DNA from: Balanoglossus misakiensis
Lineage: Eukaryota; Animalia; Hemichordata
Reading direction: 5' to 3'
DNA: 64,000 nucleotides
Assembly: GCA_040954595.2 (NCBI GenBank)
Contig: CM082596.2
Location: 2,842,656 to 2,906,655, forward strand
Shown here: positions 24,301 through 37,670 of the stretch, one piece after another
How positions within the stretch are numbered: position 1 is the first letter of the stretch
How the letters are laid out: each line of letters begins with the position of its first letter
Notes under the pieces: generated by a model
Told to the model about the DNA's origin: nothing
The model's input: the letters and a program-made list of their open reading frames with translations, nothing else
The model's database searches: none
Made by a program: the position numbers and the translations under genes

Positions 24301-27300
24301 TGCCAAAGTCATTCATGCATGCAGTAAATCTAGTATTTTATATTGGGCTAATTTTGAGCATATCAATTCCGTTCGGAATCATAATTAAATTTCTGCCTGA
24401 ACAAACTAATCGGCTCATATATCTCCATCCTTTTCTTGGCGTTGCGTGTTATGTTGCACAGATCCCAGAAAAGCAGCACAGACAATCTACGCTAGCACAA
24501 AGTTATAAAATAATAATGCATATCTTGATGATAGTTAAAATTCTGTAGGACTTGCTGGAAGCACCTGTCAGTCACAGGATATAATACTGGGGTTGTCAGC
24601 AGAATAAACTATATTTTTAAGGCAGCTGTATAAAATAGAAAACAGAACCATTTTCTTGTTAAATTTTAGTGATATTTGTCTCTTTTTATTTGTGACTGTA
24701 AGAGATTGTCCATTTTCCCTGTTTAACTTAAGCCTATTGGCTATAGATAGGACAAAATTTCACAAAATATTTCATATTTCATGAAGGTGCAACAATTTTT
24801 TTAAATAGGCACTGAGGAAGACATGGAAGGAAGTGATTTTCGAGGGGAAATAGGTTATACGGCCGGGGTATTAAAGGTTATATGCCAAACCCTATGACTG
24901 CTACTTTCTGCTTGTATCTTGCCAAGGCCTGCAGCTATATAAGCCTGCCAACCTATCAACACACCCGTCAAACTGAACAATGATTAATATTGTATTGAAG
25001 TAGTCAGATCAAAAAGAAGGCACGTCACGCTCAGTATACCCCTCTGGTCACGTTTCGACCAATTACCAATCCCAAATATGCAACTTTCATTTCCTCAAAA
25101 ACAGGAGTTGGAAATAGTGAAGCTATGACCTGCACAAAAGACAGCAATGCTTCCCGAAAAAATCAAACAAAAAGCACTGAAATATAAGGTTTTATAGAAG
25201 CAGACAGTGGCAATAAAAAAGAGATTACACCAGACATTCGTCTGAGAAGCAGACTGCTGCTATTATTGTCACAAAAGGTGAATAATGATTCTTTGATTCC
25301 GATTTCGGGTCAGCAGAGTCACATCTCACATCTATCCACTATCCATCTGTCACGTCGTCATGACAAATTGCTTTATCCGTCTTGAGTCAGAAAAATCTAC
25401 TTCTGAGCCAAGATTAATGAAGACTAGATGACGAACGGTTTCATTTCACATTTCCAGAAGCTGATGATTACAAAGTGTTTCAACAGATTTCACAATATTC
25501 TTAAGAATGAACAGAGTAACATGACAATTGCATTCCACAGATAAAACTGAAATCATAACAGTATTCCACTGTCTCCTATGCTTTGGGTCATCCCCATATA
25601 CAGGGAATGGTGTAATTCGGTTGGGTTTTATGCTATTTTGGCCAAAGATGACCAGTCAGTGTTGGGCCAAATCTGTGGAACCACTCCATCAGGAACTTGG
25701 CACAAAATACAGAAAATGTGAGACTCCAAACGATGCTGTAAACGGTTGCTATGAGTAACAGAGATATACATTTGTGAGAATCGCCAACACAGACAGGCTA
25801 TCTCAAACTATCTTTTAGATCCTCATTCTGTGTGTTAATGCCGCCTCTAATCATGTTTGCATATTGGATTATTTTATTTGCTCTAACTGGCCCTCTGTAC
25901 ATCAACAGTTATTCATCAAGATCTTTATCTCTGTGAATGGTAAAACAGCTGACAAAAGCTCACAGCAAAGGGGCGGCCATTATGGAATGTCAACAGAAAA
26001 GTCAGGGTACCCACTCGATCAACAGGTGTTAATGTCAGATACAGAAGGTTAGGATGGAATTTGGTCTGAATGTCTGGGTCACTATCATCCAGACAAAAAG
26101 TGCTTGGAAGGTATTGGATGAGACAGCTAGACAGGAGAGAAGGGAAAAATCCATCAGACATTTGTCACACATGCCACAGTTTCATAAACTATCAGGACCC
26201 CCATTTGTGAATTGTACAGCCTGACAGAGCTAAGATCACAATGTAACTGTACACCAGCCTGCAGCGATAATTTCACACACTCAAAGCAAGCGAGAGTGCC
26301 CGAGATATACTATTTCCGCACACAGTTTTTAATTTCCCTAGTTACAATGTACTCCGACTGCCACAAAACAGGCTCATTCTATAGCGACATGTACAAATCT
26401 CAAAGACTGGGTTTTGGGGGATGACTATTTGCTAATGGCAAAGATTGCCACATGGTTTGCGTTTCACACGCTAATTGATTGGTGAGGCGAGTGATAGGCT
26501 GTAATGCTTTCTTATTTAAAGGGACAAATCACTCCCTTTTCACGTTGTGGTTATTGCTGTATTGTAACACTCAGAAGTGATTTCTGCTGTTCTACTGCCA
26601 GTCACCAGAATGTGACTATCACACTTTGTCTACATATGTCTATACGGCCTTGTCTGCCATATGGTGGCACACTTTTTTATGTGGCCAACCAAGTGAAAAT
26701 CTGTGATTGGCTAGCTCTATCCATGGTAACTGTATTAGCTGCAAGCACTCTGCGAATCTCTGTTGACAAATCTGCCAGTTTGACAACTCAAGATCTACTA
26801 GAAGTGTTTGTGAATTCAGAGGACAGTTGCAATATGTGATGCAGCTGATGTTGGCCCAACACTGCAATTGCTCAGTATACAAGTGTCAATCTATCTAACC
26901 AACACACGCTGCATACACATGGTCAGAGATCACCGTCGGCAACAATATGCAGTGTCAAAGGTCAAGCAATCAGAAATGCCTGGCAGTCTTGGTATGTTTT
27001 TTGCAAATATCGATATCCTTAAAGCACCTATGGCATGCAATCCTGTTATATCTCACTCAAGAATTGTGTCACCTGAAAACCCACGACTCAAAATCACACA
27101 GACGAAGGCTTGATGTTTGCACTTTAAAAGAAACATCACAGTTGACAATTTTTCAAAGTATAACCGGTATAGATTTAAATTTAAACCATCTGATAATACT
27201 GTTGGTACAGAAACAATTACAACTTTCACACATTAGTTTCCACCAGTGAATGTCTCATTTATAAATACGATTTCACTTTCTTATTTCCTGTGTGAATACT

Positions 27301-30300
27301 GAAGTGAAAGCCGTAGAAAAATAAATCCAGATTTTAAAGATTTCCATGCCCATAAGCAATTCCACTTCCATATAATTGGTTACAGCCTTCATATGGTGTC
27401 CGCAAACTATTCTAAGGCTGCCTGTGTGCAAGCGACGATTTTTAACACTTTCCTGCGATAAAACAAAAAATTCCACATCACCACCATCTGCCTTCTGACT
27501 TCACACAAACTGTTTGCAGGGACTACAAGAGTAATTATGACTAATTTGTCCAATTGTCCGGTGACAAATATGCCACCATTTTAGTGTTTGTTCATTCACC
27601 CATGAATGGGTTTCTATAACAGCTGTGAATATCCGGTGTCAATACAGGAGATCACAAAAAAGTAAACAATCTTTTCAGGCAGGCAACCAGTACCCAGAGA
27701 GAGAGAGCAATTTGATATCACAAGAGCATAAAAATGTTTGTGTATACATATCACACACATGTGTGTGTGGGTGGGTGTGCACGTGTGCCAGGGGTATATA
27801 TATAAGAGTGTGTCACAACTATCATGTGGTATTTTTTTTACAAATACTAGTATTTGTTTTTGGTGTGAGAAACAGAGCAATTTTGCTGTTTTTTCCCCTA
27901 GAGACAGCTAGATTTCTCCTGATTTCTGTCAGTAGAGGATATTTTATAAATCACCTAGCACACCTTAATTTTCACACAATCATGTAGTCCTCCCCTATCT
28001 CAAGGCTCCAAAAATTAAATTGTCTTCCCCCTGACTACACACTAGGAGCCACTCCTCCCCTCAATAACGGACAATTGGTTCTCCCTTAATTGTACAATTA
28101 TAACACCTCCCATGTCTCAAACCATCCTCCCCCAACTGCACAATCAAATATCAAATGTATACACTCATTTCAAAAACTGAGACAGAGTGCTTGCTCAAAA
28201 TAATAATAATGTCAATTTAAATTACGTCAAATGAGACTTGTAGCCATCATTTAGGAGATACTGATAAATTATGCATGACAAAAACGTTAACTGCAAATTA
28301 CATTTTATGGGTGCACTATCTCACTTATATCTCACTATTTTTTATACTTGGCGTACAATAGGGCCAATTTTTTTTGCAGATAAAAATTGACAGCTGTTTA
28401 TTTGCACGTCGGTGCAACTTCAACCTTTCGGTTCTCAGTGTCCTTGTCTATAATCTAACAAAGAAAGGTCACACAGGAACGCAAAGATGAATGGTTTAAA
28501 AATAAATGAAGTGAGCTTTTATTTGGATAGTGTCTGCTACAATGCACCATGGTGGCGTCGACATTACAATATGGCCGCCCGGTCGGGTAACTAGGCGTCT
28601 CTCGGCGACGAGACCTTCCAGGATTTCATTTGTTTGAGTGTGTGTTGAGCCTCCAGATGGAAATCCACCATGTTTTCTGAGTGTAGATGCAAACACAGAA
28701 ATATATGCGATTGTTTGGGCTTTGACTTTTTAGCTCACACCCATCCACTGACAATTGATTTTCACACACGTTGAAATTACGAGTGGCGTTAACAAAAGAA
28801 CTTGAAAAGATCTCCATTCATCGGGGAATTGCGGGACGACTTACAAAAGCCAGATTGAATAGACATGGAGCGAGGCAGACTTCCAATTAGCAATATACTC
28901 TGTAATTTTCACAATTTTCATGGCAGGAGATTGTAATTCCCCACTGCAAAATTATAAAATGCACCCCAGGCAAAGATTTTAAGAAAGAAAAAAAATGAAA
29001 AATAGGCTTTGAAATCTGGTTATTCTTTGCTGCAAAACCAGCACGCAATAAGGGTCTCACCTATTTTGTTTTCACGAAAATGAAGAATTCGAATTCTGCC
29101 CATGGAGATGGAGATAATCCAGAGACTGGCGGCATTTGGATTTCATGTATTATTTTCTCATCAAAACCGACAAGGTATAAATCCTGATTTTTTTTCTCCT
29201 TTTAATAGGCAAAAAAGTACAGTATGGGGTGAATGTGATTTGTGCAAATACAAGCACAGTTTTCACACTTTCTTCATGTGCAATGTTACGTATCAAACTG
29301 TCTGGTCCACTGTTGTCAAGAGTGAGCTTTCCAAACGTGCAGAATATTTCTGAGAGAGGAAAAATTGCATGTGTGTGTGAAAATACTTTTGCACTCACCC
29401 AAATGAAAGTGCTTATCTCTGTGGCTCTGGTTCATTCGTTTCACAAATGCTTGCAAAAATGGTAGGCACTAAACTTTCTACAATTATTACTGTTTTATTA
29501 TGTGGAGAGAAAAATCAACACAATATTAGCAGAAACTAGTTAAAACAGCATAAGTAATTGCACAATTTTAACAAATATTACCATACATGTCGGCAGGTGG
29601 GTGCTGCTCGTAGCTAAAGTGATATGGTCGAAGACTTATTGTAAAGTAATCTGCAGAGTGAATGAGCAATAATCCCCCACAAAATCCAACTCCGCCCTGT
29701 GCTTTTACAGTTTAAGTGAAGAGTATATGTGACTGACGTGCCAGATGGGTAATTTGGGGGAGGGGGGGGGGGAATTGGGAAATGACTCTGCATGGAGGTT
29801 GGGTCAACCGTTAAACGGGCGGGCAGTGTATCGGATGCGTCTCCAAACAAGGAGAATATTTTGGGTTATAAACACAGACCACAACTTTCTGCACGGAGCA
29901 CCACCCCACTGTCGCTGACGGAACACTGCATAAGAATTGGCGCCAAACGCGCGACAACTACAATGCCTCGACGCGCTGGCACTCCCTACAAGACAGTGGT
30001 TTCACCCTAAGCACCCCCAAGGCAGTTAGAAATCCGGTATCACTTTTCAAAAGGATGAAAGCTACTTTGACAACTGGTAAGGGACTTTACACAAGACTGC
30101 TTATCAGCACATCACAGGGGTCGCGTGGGGTCAAATCGGGTAAAAAAAAGTAAAGCCCAGGAAATGGCCAGGAAATAAAGAAAACCACTAATGCTTTGTG
30201 TAAGGTAATAAAAATGATAGAGCCTATTGTTTTATCAGTATATATACAACATAGGCAGGTTTCCAGTTTAGACTGAGTTCAGTTTTGTGATGCTTCAGTG

Positions 30301-33300
30301 TATGAGAAACGAAACACTATTAAAATACTCAGCCTGAAGTAACTGTAGGGATATGTTGACTTCATCTGAAACCCTATAAAAAGTTTGATTCACAGGATAT
30401 GAAACCAACAGCTTGATCATTTAAAAAGAGTTGTTTTTTTGTGAATTCTCAGTTTTAGCTTGGGAAATGAAGTACCAATGTAGTTCCCTTACATTTCTGA
30501 CGTACTTTTAAAGGGGAAGTGAAAGTTTGCACAACATGATCGACTCATCGTGGTTCATTTCAATGTCATGTCACCTCATCCCTCGTCCATTTCAACCTCT
30601 TTACATTTGCAAACATGCATCTTACGCCTGAAATGTATCACTCTGATTGGCCCTGATTGGGTCAGGTATAATAATGTCAACCTCTTAACCCCTGCAGACA
30701 TTTGAGGTTACGCCCCTCCCACTGGGCATTAAGGTATATTATCAGACCTCCTAAATTACAGACATTGATCCGTTTTGATAAGTTAATCACCCACTAAAAT
30801 AATGCCCTACATGATGTATGGTTTCAACTCACTGAACTTGTGAATTTCACTTCGCTACAGAACTAAAAAAAATGCCCCCTGATCCGATCGGTATATGTTA
30901 ATCTCGCGCAAAGGTTTTCTTTTTGTGAGAGAAATCAACAATTTGAGACTTGACAATTATGAGACCGATAAACGTCACATGCGCTAAATGTCGCATGTGG
31001 GATTAATCTTACGAACAAAATGTTGACTGTATATCTGTCTGAACCAGACTGCAGTTATTTTCCAATCCCGATTAAATATCCCCATGTGAAACATTCCCAA
31101 ATGAACCGAACGTTTCACATTAACTGCAGTAAAGTTCCTCAATTCCTTAGCTGTAAAATTGCAATCCCTAACATTTGAGCTTTTCTCTCAGGCTTCCTGT
31201 GACTTATAAAATTAAAATATGACCGAAGGCTATACATTTGCCCACCATTCACTCGTATTTACCTGTAGTATGGCATATTTGATCTTGTTTATGAAACTCA
31301 AAAGAAAAAAGAATTTTATTTTGAAATGACAGTACAAATTAGAGTTTGCATTTGCTGTTCTGCAGTGGCAGTGGGCTTGCACCAATTCTCAGGGTCCATG
31401 CTCTTACATAGTTTCATTTCCGCGCCGACATCATTTGGAAATGAGGATGAATTTGACATTTGTCGTGCACAAGAGGAATGTAATTGAAAGATGAATACGC
31501 TCAGGGAGAACAAAGCTAATTTAGTATTCACTAATCAGTGGTTTGATTGAAATGCTCTCAGTGCGTGTGAGCGGATAAACTTTCTCTTCCTCCCTTCTGG
31601 TCTGCAGACAATGGAGAGTCTTATTACGCTTGACTTATAAACACCTATACAGAATTGCTGGTACCTGACAACAATCAATACCTTGCCTGAGACAGACCGA
31701 CTGACCAACAGAGAGAGCCGAAAAAACATGGCTGCCGCATAAAAGCTGTGAAGATACTGTTATGGATACAGCTAACAAACAACAAACAAAACTGTAGACA
31801 CACTTGAAACTCACCACAGACAAACAGAACATTACAAAGAGTTCAATCGCGACTGCTTTTAGGTTTAAACAGTGTAGTCATCAGCATACTTCCATCAAAA
31901 ACGTGTTACTCAGGCACCAGTTCAAAGTTCGGAAATGTTATACAACATCCTCTTGTACCATGTCTGTTGCCATAGTAACTCAACAAGGTGTGACTAAATA
32001 TTTAATAATGATCACAGCTTGCATGGCTACTTAGATATGTTCGAAGGATATCAAATTAACAGTCATGGCACGGTGAACATTTTTATTAAGGAGATTGTGC
32101 CCAATATTAATAAATATATAATTTGATAAGATATAATTCATATCAATCTCTAAATCGTGATCCAAACAAGCTATTGTTGGCCAGGTGTTGAGAGTGTCTA
32201 TATTGGATATGAGGTATCATATCATATTATTGTAACGAAGGTGTACGGCATAGGTGTCTATCATGCAGTGGTGTGATAACCAACAATTCGGCATGTCCCT
32301 ATAATCAGTAGAAGGACAAAAGTGACTCAACCATGTGGAACGCACATCAACAATGCCAAGGCAAGAGACAGGCACTTTGCCCCTGTAGTGCACAAAGGGT
32401 GCGAACACACAAAATTTGTGAGAGACAGAAAAGCACTGAATATAAGTTCATATCCATCAAATCCTCCAATGCCATCAAGAACAGATCTTAACGAATTACA
32501 GGTTTAGTCGCAAACCTGTCCACGAGACATGCACATTCCCAAAGCCCGGCTGCACCAAGACGAGCTGCTCTGAAACAACGTTTTTAAATGGGAAAAAAAT
32601 CAATGATGCAGTAAGCTGTACTGACAATCCATGGGGACTATGCCATGTTGAATTATTAAAATCTATTTGCTAGTCAGATACAGTGTTACTTAATCCCCTA
32701 AATGTGCAGTGGCGCATACGTGTGCAGTGCGCATGATAACTGTACAGTGTCATGTTCCTTGCTAAACAACTCATGTCTGTGTAGACTAATAAATTCTCCA
32801 ATAAAAAGTTAATAAAACTATGATGGGGCAAATAAATTAAAAATAACAGAACTGATGAATGGTTATCGTGATTTGCTAATAACATGTTTTCAATGTTGAA
32901 CTTGAGTTTCACAGCAAGCTAGCAGAATTCACACTCCACGTCTGGGAGCAAAAATAAACATGATCTCAACCTTGAACATGTATTAGTGTTAAAATATTTA
33001 ACAAGCACTTATTCACTTCGCCACTTGTTAAAGTGATTTTCTGATTGACTGGTGACAGATGAACTGATTTGTTTAATTAATTGTGATGGAATGGCACAGG
33101 ATAAAAACAAGACCACTTTACAGAATAAATACAATTCTCGACAAATATCTATATGCACATTGTGCTCATATATTCAATTTTAATGTGTTGTTTACTGTTA
33201 ACAGTTTATGGTGTGAGATACACACCCACTATAATAATGACATTATTTCATTAAAATAATGTGAAAATGTATCTCAAAGCACTGAACACCATAATTATAA

Positions 33301-36300
33301 AACTTCACTAGGCGGTGAAAATCGCAAACATGTATGCACGTTCTGTTGAAATATTTTCCAATGAGACTCGGACAGATAAAATGCTGAAACATCCACGGAA
33401 TTTGCGGCACAGAAACAAATTGCAGGAAGGGAAGTGAAGGAGGATAATGGAAAATCCGGAAGCAAAAATACCAGAAACTGACTGACGATGACTGAAGGGT
33501 GGCCTTGGAGAATGGCAGGTTTTCTTGCTGACTGACATGAAATGGCAGCCTCATTAAAGTGACATACTTCACAAATTTACTGATCATTAAGTGGCCGATA
33601 AGGGTATGATAAGTGAAACTGCAACTTTGCTCTTTAAATATTTATGGCAAAGGGTCGTGACCTATTAAGTTTTCTCAGGGAAGCGCCATTTCACATCGAA
33701 GTGGTCAAAAACCCTACGGATGGTGATATTGCACAGTGATGATGCAGGATTAGAGTTTAAGCCTAATCTTTGTGGATTTAATCATGGTTTCAGTAGCATG
33801 CAATAATCGTGCACATACACAGTTGTATGTAACCATTGCCATATGCCCTGGTATGTGTACATACCATTTAGACTGATCCATTTGGTGTTGCTACACCCAC
33901 TGGAAAACCAGCAACTTCATTTATGGCCTGGAAATTAGGTATATTCTTCCGTTGTACTATTTTTTCACAACTCATTAAACTACTTCCACCTGCTCGTGAC
34001 TGAACTATTGTCAGACGTTTAGTTTTGCCCACAATGACTTGTGAATCAGATACATACATGTACTTTGGCCTGGTCCCAGGGTCTAATGCCAGACCTATCT
34101 TTAAAACATTATTCCAAATGAAGAATGATTTTCCTTGTCTCTCTTGCCATTCAGTATGACATAAAGACATCTGTGACATATTAAAATCTCTAGGGTTTAG
34201 TCCAGAGGTACACTGAGGTATATTTGCACAGTTTATCGCCCAAAGCATTTTATGATTTGTTAAGTATGTCTGAGTCCAGACTTAGCCCCGGATTGCAAAG
34301 CTATATACACCAGTTAATGTTTATAGCCATTGGCAATTCATTTCATTCAATGTCCTGAACACTGGACTATAATTATTTCCTTCGTCAAGACTGTCGCACT
34401 CTCTTGCAATCAGTATAGACATTTATGCACAGTTTCATCACCATGGTTTGGTTCTAGTTTCTTATTCAAGTATAGCTGTCTTGCCTATTGGCTACTGTAA
34501 CGTGTGTCTTTAATTCAATTTGCGATTGATGATATTCTAAATTCCGCTTTGCATCAATCACAAATAATATTGCTAGTCATATTGACATCATAAGAAATTC
34601 CAACCATGACATAAAAACTTGATTTACATTAGTGAACAGCATTTTAAATAAATTATATAGTATTCAATTTTTAAAATTTACTTGGGAAAGAATTAAACCA
34701 GCCATGAAAATTGGTCCATGTAGCAGGTTGCGGGTCTCATTGTTATTTTATGAATACCATACCAGCATAATTTGCTTCAGCTATAGTTGGTCTGCCATCC
34801 ATCCATCTATATTTATTTTTTTATTTCTATTTTGTATATTCGAGAAGAGAGAATACACAGAATAGTTTGCAATTTATCATCACTGTGACTATATACATCT
34901 ACATACATGTACTGTATTCACAAATTTCCCCTGGAAAATACCTGTAATTTATTTTGACTCTGCTGAATGCCGTGGCTGCAAGAGAACACATGGTGGCTAT
35001 AAAATTTCAAGCTGATTAAATTCAGTGGTTTGGCTAACAAATTTCCTGTAGCGCTCTTCAAAGGACAGTAAAATTGGCCTTCTATTGACCTACTGGGAGA
35101 GAAAGATTAGATGTTCTCAGTGAAAACCTGATTTTATCAGGGTATTCTGAAATCAGTATTATTAATAGACAAGGTTGACTGTATTTATTTTTGTTACAAA
35201 TTTAGGCAAGAGAGTGGTCGCTTAATTTTTTTAAATACTTAAATATCAATAAATTTATGAAAACTTACAAAAGAGAGTGTGGTCACGATTTATAATTATT
35301 AAGTATTACAGATCAGGTAGTATATGACAACCATAGATGTCAAATAACACAGGTTCATTTCATTTCATAACACAGTAATTGAGGCAGACATCTGCTTTGA
35401 ATATTGATCAGTAAAGTTAATTAATACATTACCCTGCACAGATCTATAAAATGTATAATTTAATATGTCATTTAATGCTTTTAATCACCTACCCCTTGAA
35501 AGTCATAAAAGTTTGTCCCATTAACTTGTAATGATTTTGTTTCTAATTATCTAAAGCTGCTCTGATATTAAAAGTAAAAAAAAAGGGGGAAATGAATAAC
35601 AAGTAAACTTACTGAGCACTTAATTTCATTCAAAGATTTAACTTGAAATATACATGCGGATGATGTATGCTAATTTCCTAACTTGAAATAGACATGTATG
35701 CTAATTTCCTAACTTGAAATATACATATATGTTAATTTCCAAACATAAGCAAAAAAATAGTAACTTAGTACATATCAGGGGAGGAAGTGCAGACTATTGA
35801 TGAACTGAGTGTATATTTAATTTTGAAGGACTAAGTTATATAGTATACTGTTGAGAATCATTGATTGTCTGGTTGTAATGCGCGACCCCGACTTCGTGAC
35901 ATGTTACAAATCATTCCAGTGGCGGATATCGAAATGGAATAAATTAAACATGGCTGCACAGCGTATATACACTAACGAGCCCAGTTTTACGTTAGCAACA
36001 GGAACTGCGGGCTGGCACAGATCGAAACACACCCCTACAATTTGTGAAATTTGAGTTATCTTTCAAAAAAGGTCGAAGCTTCAGGTTCTTAAAGTGTCCA
36101 AGTAATTTACCGATCGGCGATCTCGTTTGAGAACGAGAAAAGTCGTGGACTTCGGTCCAGCTTAGATACCGCGTTTAGCGTCGTTCGCAACCGGGACCTC
36201 CGTTGCTGAAAGCCCGATCGCCAAGCTCTGCGCGCCGCTCTTACACGACATGTACTCAACACTGGACATCGCCGAGATAATCTAGTTAAAAACTGATAAA

Positions 36301-36535
36301 ACAAGCGATAGATATCAACGTTAATCTATGTAAGATATCTCACCGTTGCATCCTCGCCGGCGTAATGACTAATCACTCTCCGCCCGCCGGGGTGTCGGTG
36401 ACACCAATCGGTGATGTCGTACACTTTGTCATTGATGACTAGCCACTGATCGTCGCGCTTGCTGTGTTCCTGTATTTCGTTCCAGGTCAGAGTCCGTGAT
36501 ATTCCGTTCTCATGACTGTCGCCACCTTTACCCAT
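18332..36535 (-). CDS. FADS2: Front-end fatty acyl desaturase (delta-5/delta-6 type, FADS1/FADS2-like), cytochrome b5 fusion, about 434 aa
   Basis: Minus-strand exons 36535-36344, 21620-21525, 21379-21182, 20409-20308, 20019-19833, 19711-19635, 19375-19278, 19107-18931, 18749-18624, 18383-18332. Motifs: MGKGG start, HPGG heme motif, His boxes HDLGH, HFQHH and QIEHH, then LFPTMPRHN and SGELWYDAY. Regioselectivity and exact orthology (FADS1 vs FADS2) cannot be determined from sequence alone. Confidence 0.93.
35639..35740. repeat. Three-copy tandem repeat of about 31-40 bp (TAACTTGAAATA-ACAT...TATG-TAATTTCC)
   Basis: Directly visible in FADS intron 1. Confidence 0.85.
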
Positions 36536-37235
36536 CCTGTGCGGAACACCGGCTATCTATTATATAAATCTTTTATGCTTGTGCAACCCAGTGTGAACAA
36601 ACGTGTCCCCACGTCATATGTCATGTTGTATATCTGACAGACGATATGGGCTTCACCACTCTCTTTGATAGGGGGAAGGCCATATAACAACTCACTGTCG
36701 AGACTTGAGGGCGTCGTATGTACTGTAATAGACTCAAGATTGTGCTATATATTTACAGTAAACAATAAATAATATTCATTAATTTATTTCACCTGTTTCA
36801 AATTAGATAATGACATTAACGGTAGCTAAAAAGTCCATGTTATTGATGCATATGCATCATTGAAACACTAAACATGCAACAATTTTTGCACAGAAGATGT
36901 TTAACATCTCTTCTACCATCTGAAAAAGAAGGATATACAATTCTTAGGGAACAAAATGAAATTGCATTGTGACCTGTGGCCGATCAAGCTACAGGTGTGT
37001 CTCGAAGTGAATGAGAGAAATCAATTGTGACAACAATAATGCTGTAAAAATAATTGATCGCTCTGTACTTAGATGGACGGCCAGACACTGACAACCACAA
37101 ATCGATTTCTTTGGCCAACAGAGTTTGGATGAAAACCGCCGGTTTCGACCGTCCACGACCAGACAACTGGTAGATGTGTAAGAAAACCCTGAAGTTCCTT
37201 GGTACTGCGGCTGAAAGGGGTAAGCAATGACTAAC

Positions 37236-37362
37236 TGAGTGAGTGAGTGAGTGAGTGAGTGAGTGAATGAATGAATGGATAAATGAATGAATGAACGAAT
37301 GAACGAACGAATGAATGAATAGACTGGTGTATGGATGGATGGGCAAATGAATGAACGAATGA
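37236..37362. repeat. Compound tetranucleotide microsatellite (TGAG)n(TGAA/CGAA/TGGA)n
   Basis: Directly visible. It generates the low-complexity HSFI/HSLT ORFs. Confidence 0.92.
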
Positions 37363-37620
37363 AGTAAAAAGGAATGTTGTAATCCAACGTGGCTGGATGA
37401 CGAACTTCATCATCTTGCAGAAACTGTAAACGCATTCTACTTTCTACAAAAGAGCGACCAGGTGACTCGTCCACATACAACATTCGACCAAAAAGTAACC
37501 CAAAAAGTTATCCAAAAAGTTCCTGGCTGAGCAAACAAAGACATATCGATGATCTATTGTCAGCACAAGTACTTGAACCACGAACCATAAATCTGCCATA
37601 AAGTTATAAAGTTGTCGGTG

Positions 37621-37670
37621 TCCGTGATTGGTCTGTTGGTCAGCCTAGCGCCTGGAAGTGACGTGGTGAA
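37621..37670 (-). promoter_or_regulatory. Candidate FADS promoter module: SRE-like TCACCAC, CRE/Ets-like ACGTCACTTCC and CCAAT box
   Basis: The minus strand reads TTCACCACGTCACTTCCAGG...GACCAATCACGG. An acceptor-like CCGCACAG|G sits immediately before the FADS ATG, which suggests an upstream non-coding exon. Confidence 0.4.

Noticed and set aside
31316-31531. ORF with a signal-peptide-like N-terminus and 3-4 Cys in FADS intron 1
   Set aside because: It starts at GTG rather than ATG and has no recognisable family or splice support.
36107-36304. Arg-rich ORF / CpG-rich segment after FADS exon 1 as an alternative exon
   Set aside because: Non-ATG start, and no open frame with a phase-0 donor from an ATG. 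Likely a promoter-associated CpG-rich tail.
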